Positions 8,929-17,583 of a DNA stretch of 64,000 nucleotides are shown here, in pieces (position 1 is the stretch's first letter; every line of letters starts with the position of its first letter). The position numbers were made by a program, and so were the translations under genes. Location of the stretch: contig CAWGSK010000012.1 of assembly GCA_963825055.1 (NCBI GenBank), positions 576,001 through 640,000 on the forward strand, read 5' to 3'. This stretch comes from an uncultured Gemmatimonadales bacterium (GTDB lineage Bacteria > Gemmatimonadota > Gemmatimonadetes > Gemmatimonadales > GWC2-71-9). The notes beneath the pieces were generated by a model. It did not search any database, was not told the DNA's origin, and saw only the letters and a program-made list of their open reading frames with translations.

Positions 8929-10898
8929 CAGGACAGTCCCTCGAGCAGGCGGTCCGCGGGCGTTGGCCAGTCCCAGATCATCTTCTCCCGATTCCGCACG
9001 ACACCGCGCCCGATGACCCCGCTCGTCCGCGAACCATTGCGCCGTGGGGGACGCGGCGCCGCGCCCTCGAGCACGTCGCGGGCGAACCCCGCCGAGAGGG
9101 TGGCGGACTGGGACTCCGCCTTACGGGCCAGGCGCTGGACGATCTCCTGGAGCGCACGCACACTGTCCACTGCGTGGCCCGCGAGGTACTGGACCAGCTC
9201 CGGGTCAGCGGCTTCACCATCGAGCATGTTCCGCACAATGGCCCGCCGGACTTCCGGGCCGGGCACGGGCAGCTCCGCCACGAGGCCACCTTCGAGCCGG
9301 CTGGCGAGGCGCGGGGCGAGACCCTCGAGTTCGCCGGGAGGCCGGTGCGAGGTGAACATCATCTGCCGCCCCTGCTCCTGCAGATGGTTGAACAACCAGA
9401 AGAGTTCCTCCTGGGTACGGTCGGTGCCGGCGAGCAGGTCAATATCGTCCAGGAGGAAGGCCGTGGCTCGGCGGTAGCGTTGCCGCCACCAGTCCACCCG
9501 GTCCTGGTCGATGGCCGCGATGAGTTCTTCCACGAACTCCCGCGCATTGAGGCACGCAACGACCGCATCGGCCTGGGCCGCCAGCAGGTTGCCCACCGCG
9601 TGCAGCAGGTGAGTCTTCCCGGTGCCGGGGGGGCCGACCAGTACCAGCGGGTTGTAGCGCTGGCCGGGGGAGTCAGCCACGGCCAGTGCGGCCCGCACGG
9701 CCACCCGGTTCGTCTCGCCCTCGGCAAAATCCTCCAGCTGCCAGTGGGGGGAGGGCGCCGGCAGCGGGGTAGCTCCTTCCCGCGCCGCGGCGACCAGTTT
9801 CTCGACCTCGGCCACGCGGTCCGGGTCGCGGAAGGCCGGGTCTCCGGCCACGGACGGGTCAATGGCCTCCGCCTCGGCGGCCAGCAATCGCAGCCGCTCG
9901 ATGTCGGTTTCGAACCGCTCGACTTCCTGCTCGACGTCCCGCTCGCCCGGGTCCTCGAACAGGTCGCGGAGCCGCGCCACGCGATAGCCCTCGCCCTCCC
10001 AGCGGGCGATCGCTTCCCCGAGACGCACGCGCCACTGCTCAAGCTGTCGCGCGACCGTGGTCGAGATCTCGCTCAGGAAGGAGCCGAACTCATCGTCCGA
10101 GGACGGCGTGAAGGCCGGCCCGTCTTCCCCGCCCTCCGGCGGCAATGCGTCGGCGTCCGCGGGAGGCTCCACCCCGGCACGATCGGTACGCAGGATCTCG
10201 CGGGCGCGGGCTTCGCCGAGCGGTTCCTGGTTGGCCATCTGCCAGGCGATGAGCCGGTTGAGCGCGCCGAGCAGTTCCCGGATGCTGGCGACGTCGAGCG
10301 TGGCGGCGGCCTCGATGACACCGGGGTCGAACGTGAGCCCGCGGCTCTCGGCGTGCCGGCGCAGGATGGCGACCCGGGTTTCGTAGTCCGGCGCGGCAAT
10401 ATCAATCACCAGTCCCCCGGCGAAGCGGCTGATGAGCCGCTCGTCCAGCGACTCGATTTCCGATGGGGGGCGGTCGCTCGTCAGCACAATCTGGTGGCCG
10501 GCGGTCTGCATGGCATTGACCAGCCGGAGCAGCTCGGCCTGCATCTCGCGACGCCGGGCCAGGAACTGCACGTCGTCGAGCAGGAGCAGGTCGAGTTCCG
10601 CGTAGCGGCGGCGGTAGGCATCGCCCTGCCCGGCCCCGACCGCGGCGTGGAACGCCTCGACGAAGTCATCGAGGGTCTGGTAGGCGATCCCGAGACCGGG
10701 CGCGATCGTCCGGGCGGCCTGCGCGATCGCCATCAGCAGGTGCGTCTTGCCGAGCCCGGGACCGCCATAGATGAAGAGGGGGTTATACACCACGCCGGGA
10801 CTCTCGCTCACCGCACGCGCGGCGGTGGCCGCAAGCCGGTTGGCCGCCCCGACCACGAAGGTCTCGAACCGGAATCGGTGATTCAGCTCGAGTGTCAT
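8928..10898 (-). CDS. Tandem double DnaA/Hda-type AAA+ ATPase lacking DnaA domains I and IV (656 aa)
   Basis: Two modules: FETFVVGAANRLA..YNPLFIYGGPGLGKTHL..LLLDDVQFL..TSDRPP..RLISRF and [49 protein letters not shown]. Confidence 0.9.
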   Translation of the reverse strand: MTLELNHRFRFETFVVGAANRLAATAARAVSESPGVVYNPLFIYGGPGLGKTHLLMAIAQAARTIAPGLGIAYQTLDDFVEAFHAAVGAGQGDAYRRRYAELDLLLLDDVQFLARRREMQAELLRLVNAMQTAGHQIVLTSDRPPSEIESLDERLISRFAGGLVIDIAAPDYETRVAILRRHAESRGLTFDPGVIEAAATLDVASIRELLGALNRLIAWQMANQEPLGEARAREILRTDRAGVEPPADADALPPEGGEDGPAFTPSSDDEFGSFLSEISTTVARQLEQWRVRLGEAIARWEGEGYRVARLRDLFEDPGERDVEQEVERFETDIERLRLLAAEAEAIDPSVAGDPAFRDPDRVAEVEKLVAAAREGATPLPAPSPHWQLEDFAEGETNRVAVRAALAVADSPGQRYNPLVLVGPPGTGKTHLLHAVGNLLAAQADAVVACLNAREFVEELIAAIDQDRVDWWRQRYRRATAFLLDDIDLLAGTDRTQEELFWLFNHLQEQGRQMMFTSHRPPGELEGLAPRLASRLEGGLVAELPVPGPEVRRAIVRNMLDGEAADPELVQYLAGHAVDSVRALQEIVQRLARKAESQSATLSAGFARDVLEGAAPRPPRRNGSRTSGVIGRGVVRNREKMIWDWPTPADRLLEGLS

Positions 10899-11497
10899 CC
10901 GAGGTTCCCCCCGGCGGCAAGCCGCTGGAGCACGCCTTCGGAAATGCCGCGAAGTGTCTCGAAGACGCCTCCGCCGCGGAGCGCGTCGGCCGGGTAGCTC
11001 CGCACGTTGCGGAAGTTGAGGGCGTCATCCATCGCGGCGCGGTCCAGGACCAGGTCGCGCGGCAGGTCCTGCTTGTTGTACTGCAGGACGAGGGGAAAAT
11101 GACGGAGCTCGATGCCCTGCTGCAGCAGGTTGGCCTGCAGGTTCTGGAGGCTCTCCAGATTCTCGTCGAACCGACGGGCCTGACTGTCGGCGACGAAGAC
11201 GACGCCATCCGCGCCCTGAAGGACGAGCTGGCGGGTGGCATTGTAGTACACCTGTCCCGGCACGGTGTAGAGCTGGAATCGCGTGGAAAACCCGGAGATG
11301 GTCCCGAGGTCGAGCGGCAGGAAATCAAAGAAAAGCGTCCGGTCCGCCTGGGTGGCGAGCGACACCATGCGGCCTCGCCGCGCATCCGGCACGCGACCGT
11401 AAATGTACTGCAGGTTCGTGGTCTTCCCGGAGCGGCCCGGGCCGTAGTACACGATCTTGCAGGTGATTTCACGTGCGGTAAAGTTGACCAGCGACAT
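10895..11497 (-). CDS. mglA: MglA-family small Ras-like GTPase
   Basis: CKIVYYGPGRSGKTTNLQYI, DRTLFFDFLPL, LYTVPGQ, GVVFVADSQ, QYNKQDLP; closely matches the Myxococcus MglA pattern. Confidence 0.95.
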   Translation of the reverse strand: MSLVNFTAREITCKIVYYGPGRSGKTTNLQYIYGRVPDARRGRMVSLATQADRTLFFDFLPLDLGTISGFSTRFQLYTVPGQVYYNATRQLVLQGADGVVFVADSQARRFDENLESLQNLQANLLQQGIELRHFPLVLQYNKQDLPRDLVLDRAAMDDALNFRNVRSYPADALRGGGVFETLRGISEGVLQRLAAGGNLG

Positions 11498-11500
11498 CGG

Positions 11501-11962
11501 CTAGCGTCCAAACAGCGAGCGGAGGCTCGCGTTGAGGTCACGTTCAAAGTCGGGCGCCAGGGCGGTCCGGCTGGCCGTCTCCGGCGGCGCGGCGGCCTCG
11601 AGCTGGGTGACCAGGTCGTCGAAAAAGATCTGGACGAGTCCCAGCGACGTCTCGTTGCCATAGACGACGAGCGCGATCCACCCACCCCCCGGCATCTCGA
11701 AGCGCGAGAGGAAATGGCCATGGGTGTGCCCCTGGTGCGCGACGCGCTCGAACGGTGGCCAGTCCATGATCCGCGCGAGTTCCTGGGCGGACGCCACGAT
11801 GCCCGCGCCCAGCGCCGCCGTTGACATCACGTCAATCGCGCGGGTAAACCCATGCTGCGCGATCACCTGGCCCGTCGTCGTCATAAGGAGGGCGACACGC
11901 GCGGAAGACTCCCGCAGGAACGCGTTGAGCGGGCCGGCCACCCAGGGTTCGACCGTGCGCAT
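11501..11962 (-). CDS. mglB: MglB-like roadblock/LC7 protein (putative GAP)
   Basis: ARVALLMTTTGQVIAQHG, AALGAGIVAS, TSLGLV, C-terminal helix DLNASLRSLFG; directly upstream of mglA. Confidence 0.85.
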   Translation of the reverse strand: MRTVEPWVAGPLNAFLRESSARVALLMTTTGQVIAQHGFTRAIDVMSTAALGAGIVASAQELARIMDWPPFERVAHQGHTHGHFLSRFEMPGGGWIALVVYGNETSLGLVQIFFDDLVTQLEAAAPPETASRTALAPDFERDLNASLRSLFGR

Positions 11963-12312
11963 CAGGCCACCCGCTCCGCGGCGCGCGCCATCTCAAGCCT
12001 CACGCGCCCCGCGTTGGCATCCCGCTCACCGATGGCGACAATCACGATTTCCTCTCCCGCCGGCATGACGAACACGGCTCCTCCGGCGGCCTGCAGGTGC
12101 AGGAAGGCCGGTGCTCCGGCCGCCGCCACACGGGCGGCGGCCTCGAGCCGGGCCAGCAGGCTGGCCGCCAGTGCGGCCAGGGCCGGACCGCGGACATCCT
12201 CCATGACCGACTCGGCGATCACGATCCCGTCGCGCCGGCTCACCAGCATGGCGCCCTGGATCCCGCTGAGGCACACCAGCAGCTCGAGGGCTGCCTCGTG
12301 TTCGGCGATCAT
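11962..12312 (-). CDS. Roadblock/LC7 domain protein (116 aa)
   Basis: GIQGAMLVSRRDGIVIAE, ALAALAASL, NAGRVRLEM; ATG at 12312 overlaps the upstream stop. Confidence 0.85.
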   Translation of the reverse strand: MIAEHEAALELLVCLSGIQGAMLVSRRDGIVIAESVMEDVRGPALAALAASLLARLEAAARVAAAGAPAFLHLQAAGGAVFVMPAGEEIVIVAIGERDANAGRVRLEMARAAERVA

Positions 12313-13127
12313 GGGCCCGACTCCAGCCATTCGCGGGCCGCCCGCGCCGCCCGCACCGCCGTCAGGGCTACCCGACCCATCGGTTGCGAGGCCTCGCGTG
12401 CCACAAGGAGGAGCGTGTCTTTCGTGGGGGAGACCAGGACGAAATTGGCCCGCTCCGTCTCCACAGCCAGGCTCTCCCATTCACCGAGCTCGAGCAGGCG
12501 CGCCGCGCGGGATGCCTCCCGCGACACCCCAGCCAGCTCCGCGGAGACCTCGTCACTTACGTCCACCCGCTCCGGAGTGCGCAGCCGGCCGTCAAGCCGC
12601 CGGCCGGCCGCATCCACGAGCAGGAGTCCGCTCGCCCCCCCTGGCAGAGTGGCAAACGCCGGACCGGGCTCCGGCGCCTGAAGCTCATCCGATGGGCCGT
12701 TGACGGGGGTGGTGACCGGAGGGCGAGCCATCGCCGCGCGCACCCGGCGCACGGCGGGCTCCAGCGAGGCATCGTCCGGCAGGGCGGTCCGGGCATACTC
12801 CAGATGCTCGAGTGCGCGGGGGAAGTCCTGCGCCGTGAAGTAGAGGAAGCCGATGCCCTTGTGGGCGCCCGGATGCGCAGGGTCGAGGCGGAGGGTGATG
12901 TCCCACTCGTCGAAGGCCCGCTCGAAGTCGCCCTGGTCGGCGAGGATCCGGGCGTAGAGATCGTGCGCCGCCGGGAGCTCGGCATAGCGACCCAGCCCCT
13001 GCAGGGCAACCTTCGCCGCGGCCTCCAGCCGGCCGTCACGGCGCAGTGCCTCGCCCAGCTCCAGGAAAACCAGGCTGGTCGGGTCGGCGGCCAGTTCCGC
13101 CGTCAGCGCGCGAATGTCGTCAGCCAC
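12309..13127 (-). CDS. TPR + roadblock/LC7 fusion protein
   Basis: N-terminal DPTSLVFLELGEALRRDG TPRs; C-terminal GLLLVDAAG..LELGEWESLAVE..PMGRV roadblock pattern. Confidence 0.75.
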   Translation of the reverse strand: MADDIRALTAELAADPTSLVFLELGEALRRDGRLEAAAKVALQGLGRYAELPAAHDLYARILADQGDFERAFDEWDITLRLDPAHPGAHKGIGFLYFTAQDFPRALEHLEYARTALPDDASLEPAVRRVRAAMARPPVTTPVNGPSDELQAPEPGPAFATLPGGASGLLLVDAAGRRLDGRLRTPERVDVSDEVSAELAGVSREASRAARLLELGEWESLAVETERANFVLVSPTKDTLLLVAREASQPMGRVALTAVRAARAAREWLESGP

Positions 13128-14265
13128 TCAAGCCTCGCAAGACATGCTCCAGAGTCCCGGCCGCGTCACGGGCGGCCCGAACCGATTCGTCGTGTCCCAT
13201 TTCCTCAGGTCCGCGGGCACCAAGCCATTGCTCCCAGTGCTCCCGCGCCAAATGGAACCGTCCCAGTTGTGCCGCGGCGGTTCCCGCGTGGCGGTGTGCC
13301 GCCGCCAGCCCCGGGTCGAGCTGCAGCGCGCGCTCGGATGCACCCAGGGCATCCGCCGAGCGTCCCGCCGCGAGGAGGACCCGGGCCAGCACCAGATGCG
13401 CGAGGGGCTGTTCCGGATGCACGACGGCGGCGTCCCCGGCCGCGACCAGCGCAGCCTCGACCCGCCCGGCGGCAAGGTCGTCCTCCGCGCGTGCGATGGC
13501 CATGGCCAGCCCGCCCTCTCTCCCGATCTCAGCGGCCGGAGGCACCGCCGTGTCCTCAAGGAGGATAATGCCCGCCGTGGCCAGGCCGAAGAGCGTCTTC
13601 GCGACCTCGAACTCGGAGCGGTTGAGCGTGATGGACAGGTCATGGACGTTACGGCTGCCGTCAATGGAGGCGAGCACCTCCCACTCGAACGGCATGAGGT
13701 CCAGCGGCCCCGCGTCGGTTCCCACGGGCGCCAGCCGGGCGACGATGCCCAGATGCGGAATGCGGGTCTCGATGCGTGACCACTCGTCGATCCGCCGGGC
13801 GGCTTCCATCACGAGGGCCTCAGTCGGGATGCGGACGGCCGCTTCCATCGACATGCGGGTGGGATCGCCCTCCTCGAAGGAGAAATATCCCTCCGACCAT
13901 CCGAGGAGCTCGAACACGACCTCCTCGGTCTGCCGTCGGATAATCCGGTCCACCTCGCGGCGGCTGATCGACCCGGCCTCGACCAGGAGATCGCCGAGCC
14001 GGCGCGTGTCGCCGGCCTCCTGCAGGGCGCGCACGCGCGACAGTTCCTCCTCGGACACCTTGCCGGCTTTCAGCAGGAGACCGCCCAGCGGGTGTGGGTT
14101 GGTCCGGATCTCAGCCCCGATCACCGCGCCGCTCTCGAAATACACCGTGCCCGCGTTCTGTCGCAGCGCCGAGCGCACGCGGAGCACACCGGTCTTCCGG
14201 CTCAGGTCGAGGAGCTGGAAGACATCGTGAATGCCCAGCTCGCGGAGGGGGCCCTCGATCGCCAT
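13120..14265 (-). CDS. Second DUF4388 + MshEN-like + TPR protein (381 aa)
   Basis: GPLRELGIHDVFQLLDLSRKTGVL, WSEGYFSF, MEAARRIDEW; paralog of 7315..8928. Confidence 0.85.
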   Translation of the reverse strand: MAIEGPLRELGIHDVFQLLDLSRKTGVLRVRSALRQNAGTVYFESGAVIGAEIRTNPHPLGGLLLKAGKVSEEELSRVRALQEAGDTRRLGDLLVEAGSISRREVDRIIRRQTEEVVFELLGWSEGYFSFEEGDPTRMSMEAAVRIPTEALVMEAARRIDEWSRIETRIPHLGIVARLAPVGTDAGPLDLMPFEWEVLASIDGSRNVHDLSITLNRSEFEVAKTLFGLATAGIILLEDTAVPPAAEIGREGGLAMAIARAEDDLAAGRVEAALVAAGDAAVVHPEQPLAHLVLARVLLAAGRSADALGASERALQLDPGLAAAHRHAGTAAAQLGRFHLAREHWEQWLGARGPEEMGHDESVRAARDAAGTLEHVLRGLSG

Positions 14266-14268
14266 GGG

Positions 14269-16947
14269 TCAGGCCGTCTGGCGTGTGAGGATGTACTGGA
14301 GGTCGCGCGCACTGCGGCTCTCGGCCCGCGCGGCCAGCGCGAAGGATGATTGCGGATGCAGCCGGACCAGCCGCTCCCATGCGCGCACCGCCTCGGGGAA
14401 CCGGCGCAGTCGTGTCAGGCCGACGCCCGCGTAGTAGAGGCCGTCAGCCCGGTCCGGCACGAGGCGAAGCAGGCGCAGGAAGGCCTCGATGCCACGCTCG
14501 GTCCGCCCCGCGTCGAGCAGGGTGCGGCCGAGCAGGGCGAGCGACTCGAGGTCGGACGGGTCACCCTCGAGCGCGCCCACGAGCAGGCGGATGGCCTCGG
14601 CATGTTCGCTGTTACGCCGGAGGAGGTCGGCGAGCGCGTGAATCGCCTCGGCATACGTCGGCAGGAGGTCGAGCGCGTGCTCGTAGGCCATGCGCGCGGC
14701 GATCCAGTTCTCCCGCCGTTCCTCCAGTTCCCCGAGCTCGCGCCAGAGCTGGGCCCGGCCGGTATCGAGCTGCAACGCGCCCTGGCAGGCCTCGACCGCC
14801 GCGTCCACCTCGCCAAGCTGGGCGCAGATCCGGGCCTGGAGCTGCAGCAGGTCGGCACGACCGGGCGCGCGGGCCCGCCCGGCCCGGATCAGATCGAGGG
14901 CCGCAACGGGATCACCGGTGCGGTGCCGGACCGTGGCTGCCGCCAGCAGGCCGTCGACGTTGCCCGGATCCGAGGCGATCAGGGCCTCGGCCAGGGGCGC
15001 CGCCTCCCGGGAGCGGTCCAACGCCACGAGGGAACGCACCTCGCCAAGCAGCGCGTGAGGATCGTCGCCCAGTACCTCGCGCGCCTCGCGGTAGCGTTCG
15101 AGCGCCTCGCCGTGCAGGCCGCGCCGGGCGTACACGTCGGCCAGGAGCAGCCGGGCGGGCGCCTCGGGCGCGCCGCGCGCGATGGCGCGGTCCACCTCCG
15201 CCGCCGCCCGGTCGAGCATCCCCTTGTGCAGGCAGTCGCGCGCCAGGGCAAGCGGGTCCCCCTCGGGCGCGGGACCCGGCTCTCCCGCCCGCGGCGCGAG
15301 GTCGCGGAAGATCTGGTCGAGCAGCCGGGGGTCGAAGCTGAAGGCCTCGCCCACCTCCGCGGCACTTACGTCGCCGGAGATCTCCGGCACGATGGAGATG
15401 GTCGGGTCCTCGTACTGGAGGTCAATTGTCAGCGAGAACTTCTGCGGCACGTAGTACGGCTCCAGCTCGAGGGCGCGCTTGGTCTCCCGCAACGCCCCGT
15501 CGAAGTCGCCGAGTTGGCTCAGGGTGAAGCTCAGGTTGTAATGCGCGGAGGCGTTGTCAGGCGCGCCGTCCACGGCGCGGGCAAAGGCATTGCGTGCGTC
15601 CTCGAAGCGCTTGAGTTCAGTGAGGACGAGGCCGATTCCGTTCCACGCGAGCGGGTGATCGGTGTGATCCTCGAGCACGCGCTGGAACGCCTCAAGCGCG
15701 AGCTGGAGCCGCTGGCGGTGCAGCAGGAGGAGCCCGAGGTTGAGGCGGGCCGTCACGAGATCCGGCGTGCCCCGCAGGGCTTCCTGGAACGCGTCGGCCG
15801 CCACTTCCGTGTCCACGCCGTGCGCGAGCAGGACGCCGAGGTTGTTCCAGGCGAGGGCATACCCGCCGTCGAGATCAATCGCGCGCCGGTACGAGCGGGC
15901 TGCTTCGTCCCGGCGGCCTGCGTGGTGGAGGCAGACTCCCCGCTCGTTCCAGAGCTTGGGCGAATCCTCGAACTCGCGGATCAGTTCCTCGTAGAGGTCC
16001 AGGGCGGCCGAGAGGTCGCGGCGCAGCAGGTGGACCTCGGCGATTGCCTGCATGGCCAGGCGGCGATCCTCCCCGTGTTCCAGGGCGAGGCGATATTCGC
16101 GGAGCGCCTCGGCGTGGTATCCCTTCTGCCGGAACGCGAGACCAAGGTTGTAGTGGGCGAGGGCGCCGCCCTGGCTGATCCCGGGCCGGGTGGGCCCGGC
16201 TGGGCGGGATTCCCCGACGTGCTCCGGTTCGCGCAGTGAAAGGTTGGTGTGCGCGCGGGCGAAGGTCGGGTTCAGGGCGATGGCCTGCTTCGTGGCCGCC
16301 TTCGCCGCCTCGTGCTCACCGAGATCGCCGTACAGGAAGGCCAGGAGGTAATGCGCGTCGGCGTTGTCGGGGTTCAGGCGCAGCGCCGCCTCGAGCGCCG
16401 TGCGGGCGGGATCGTTCAGGCCGCGGTGGTACAGCGCCTCGCCGAGGTAGAACAGGGCAAGCGGGCTGTCGGGGTCGAGCTCGACGGCATGCTGGAAATG
16501 GTCCGTGGCCGCCTCGAGGTCACCGCTGGCCTTCTCGGCGAGGCCGAGCTGGATGAGGGTGGCCGGATCGTCGGGACGATGGCCCAGCAGCAGGGTGAAC
16601 TCGCGGATGGCCTCGGGGTGGTGGCCCAGGGCGCCGTAGATGCGGCCCAGTTCCCAGCGTGCCTCGAGGTCCTCACCCGAGTCCCGAATCCTCTCGCCGA
16701 GCTCGGCGACGCGACGGTCGTAGTAGCCGGTGTTGCGGTAGGCGATCTCCAGATTGGCCTGCGCGACCTGCATGCGGGGGTCGAGTTCCAGCGCGCGGGT
16801 GAACTCGCTGACCGCCTCCGGGACCAGTCCTTTCTGGAAATAGAGGACGCCCAGGTTGTTGTGGGCGCCCGCGTCGGAAGGGTCGATGCGCCCGGCGAAG
16901 GAGCGGAGGACCGCAAGATCGCGCTCCGACAGCACCTGGCCGGCCAT
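14269..16947 (-). CDS. Large cytoplasmic TPR-repeat protein (892 aa)
   Basis: Many canonical TPRs (AHNNLGVLY, AHYNLGLAF, AWNNLGVLL, AWNGIGLVL); no signal peptide. Confidence 0.88.
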   Translation of the reverse strand: MAGQVLSERDLAVLRSFAGRIDPSDAGAHNNLGVLYFQKGLVPEAVSEFTRALELDPRMQVAQANLEIAYRNTGYYDRRVAELGERIRDSGEDLEARWELGRIYGALGHHPEAIREFTLLLGHRPDDPATLIQLGLAEKASGDLEAATDHFQHAVELDPDSPLALFYLGEALYHRGLNDPARTALEAALRLNPDNADAHYLLAFLYGDLGEHEAAKAATKQAIALNPTFARAHTNLSLREPEHVGESRPAGPTRPGISQGGALAHYNLGLAFRQKGYHAEALREYRLALEHGEDRRLAMQAIAEVHLLRRDLSAALDLYEELIREFEDSPKLWNERGVCLHHAGRRDEAARSYRRAIDLDGGYALAWNNLGVLLAHGVDTEVAADAFQEALRGTPDLVTARLNLGLLLLHRQRLQLALEAFQRVLEDHTDHPLAWNGIGLVLTELKRFEDARNAFARAVDGAPDNASAHYNLSFTLSQLGDFDGALRETKRALELEPYYVPQKFSLTIDLQYEDPTISIVPEISGDVSAAEVGEAFSFDPRLLDQIFRDLAPRAGEPGPAPEGDPLALARDCLHKGMLDRAAAEVDRAIARGAPEAPARLLLADVYARRGLHGEALERYREAREVLGDDPHALLGEVRSLVALDRSREAAPLAEALIASDPGNVDGLLAAATVRHRTGDPVAALDLIRAGRARAPGRADLLQLQARICAQLGEVDAAVEACQGALQLDTGRAQLWRELGELEERRENWIAARMAYEHALDLLPTYAEAIHALADLLRRNSEHAEAIRLLVGALEGDPSDLESLALLGRTLLDAGRTERGIEAFLRLLRLVPDRADGLYYAGVGLTRLRRFPEAVRAWERLVRLHPQSSFALAARAESRSARDLQYILTRQTA

Positions 16948-16953
16948 CGGGAT

Positions 16954-17574
16954 TCAGGACAGCCGGATGGCGTCGAAGACGGCCCGGAGCGACGCCACGT
17001 CGGGCATGAGCAGGAAGTGGCCGCGCAGTCCCTCGGCCTCCTTGGCGAACTGGAACTCGGTCTCGAGGCAAAAGACGAACTCGCGCTCGTGGCCGAAGTT
17101 CAGGTAGGCGGACGTCAGCACCGCGCCCAGCAGGTCGATTACGAGGCTCGGGACGCTGGGCAGGAGCATCATCCCCATGAAGTCGCTCAGCGCGTTGAGG
17201 TAGGCGCTGCTGAGAATGTTGCCCGCCTCCTTGAGGCCGGACTGCTCCATGACGCCGAAGTCCGTCGTGGTGGGGATGGGCCGCCGGAGGAGAATGTCAC
17301 AGAGCACCTTCGCGGAGTCTTCCGGGAAGAGAATCATGGTGCGTCCCGTCAGGTCGCCCATCATGTGCATGAGCACGGCCGCGACGACATCATCCGTCTT
17401 GCCCAGCACATTGGCGACTTCCTCGAGCCGCGTGATGTTCACCTCGGGGACACTGATCATGATCTTGTGGCCCGTCATCTGGGACAGGGCGGTAGCCGCA
17501 TGCCCCGCGCCGATGTTGGCCACCTCGCGCAGGGCGTCGAGCTGCAGCGCCTCCAGGTTCCGGATGTCGTCCAT
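16954..17574 (-). CDS. cheC: CheY-P phosphatase CheC
   Basis: Two E..N motifs (DALREVANIG, SGLKEAGNIL), SVP; ATG after GAGGAG. Confidence 0.92.
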   Translation of the reverse strand: MDDIRNLEALQLDALREVANIGAGHAATALSQMTGHKIMISVPEVNITRLEEVANVLGKTDDVVAAVLMHMMGDLTGRTMILFPEDSAKVLCDILLRRPIPTTTDFGVMEQSGLKEAGNILSSAYLNALSDFMGMMLLPSVPSLVIDLLGAVLTSAYLNFGHEREFVFCLETEFQFAKEAEGLRGHFLLMPDVASLRAVFDAIRLS

Positions 17575-17583
17575 ACCCACTCC

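Noticed and set aside
8928..10898. Calling this gene the chromosomal initiator dnaA or an oriC region
   Set aside because: No domain I or IV, no dnaN/recF/gyrB neighbours, and no intergenic DnaA-box cluster; TTATACACC near 10783 is a single imperfect match inside coding sequence
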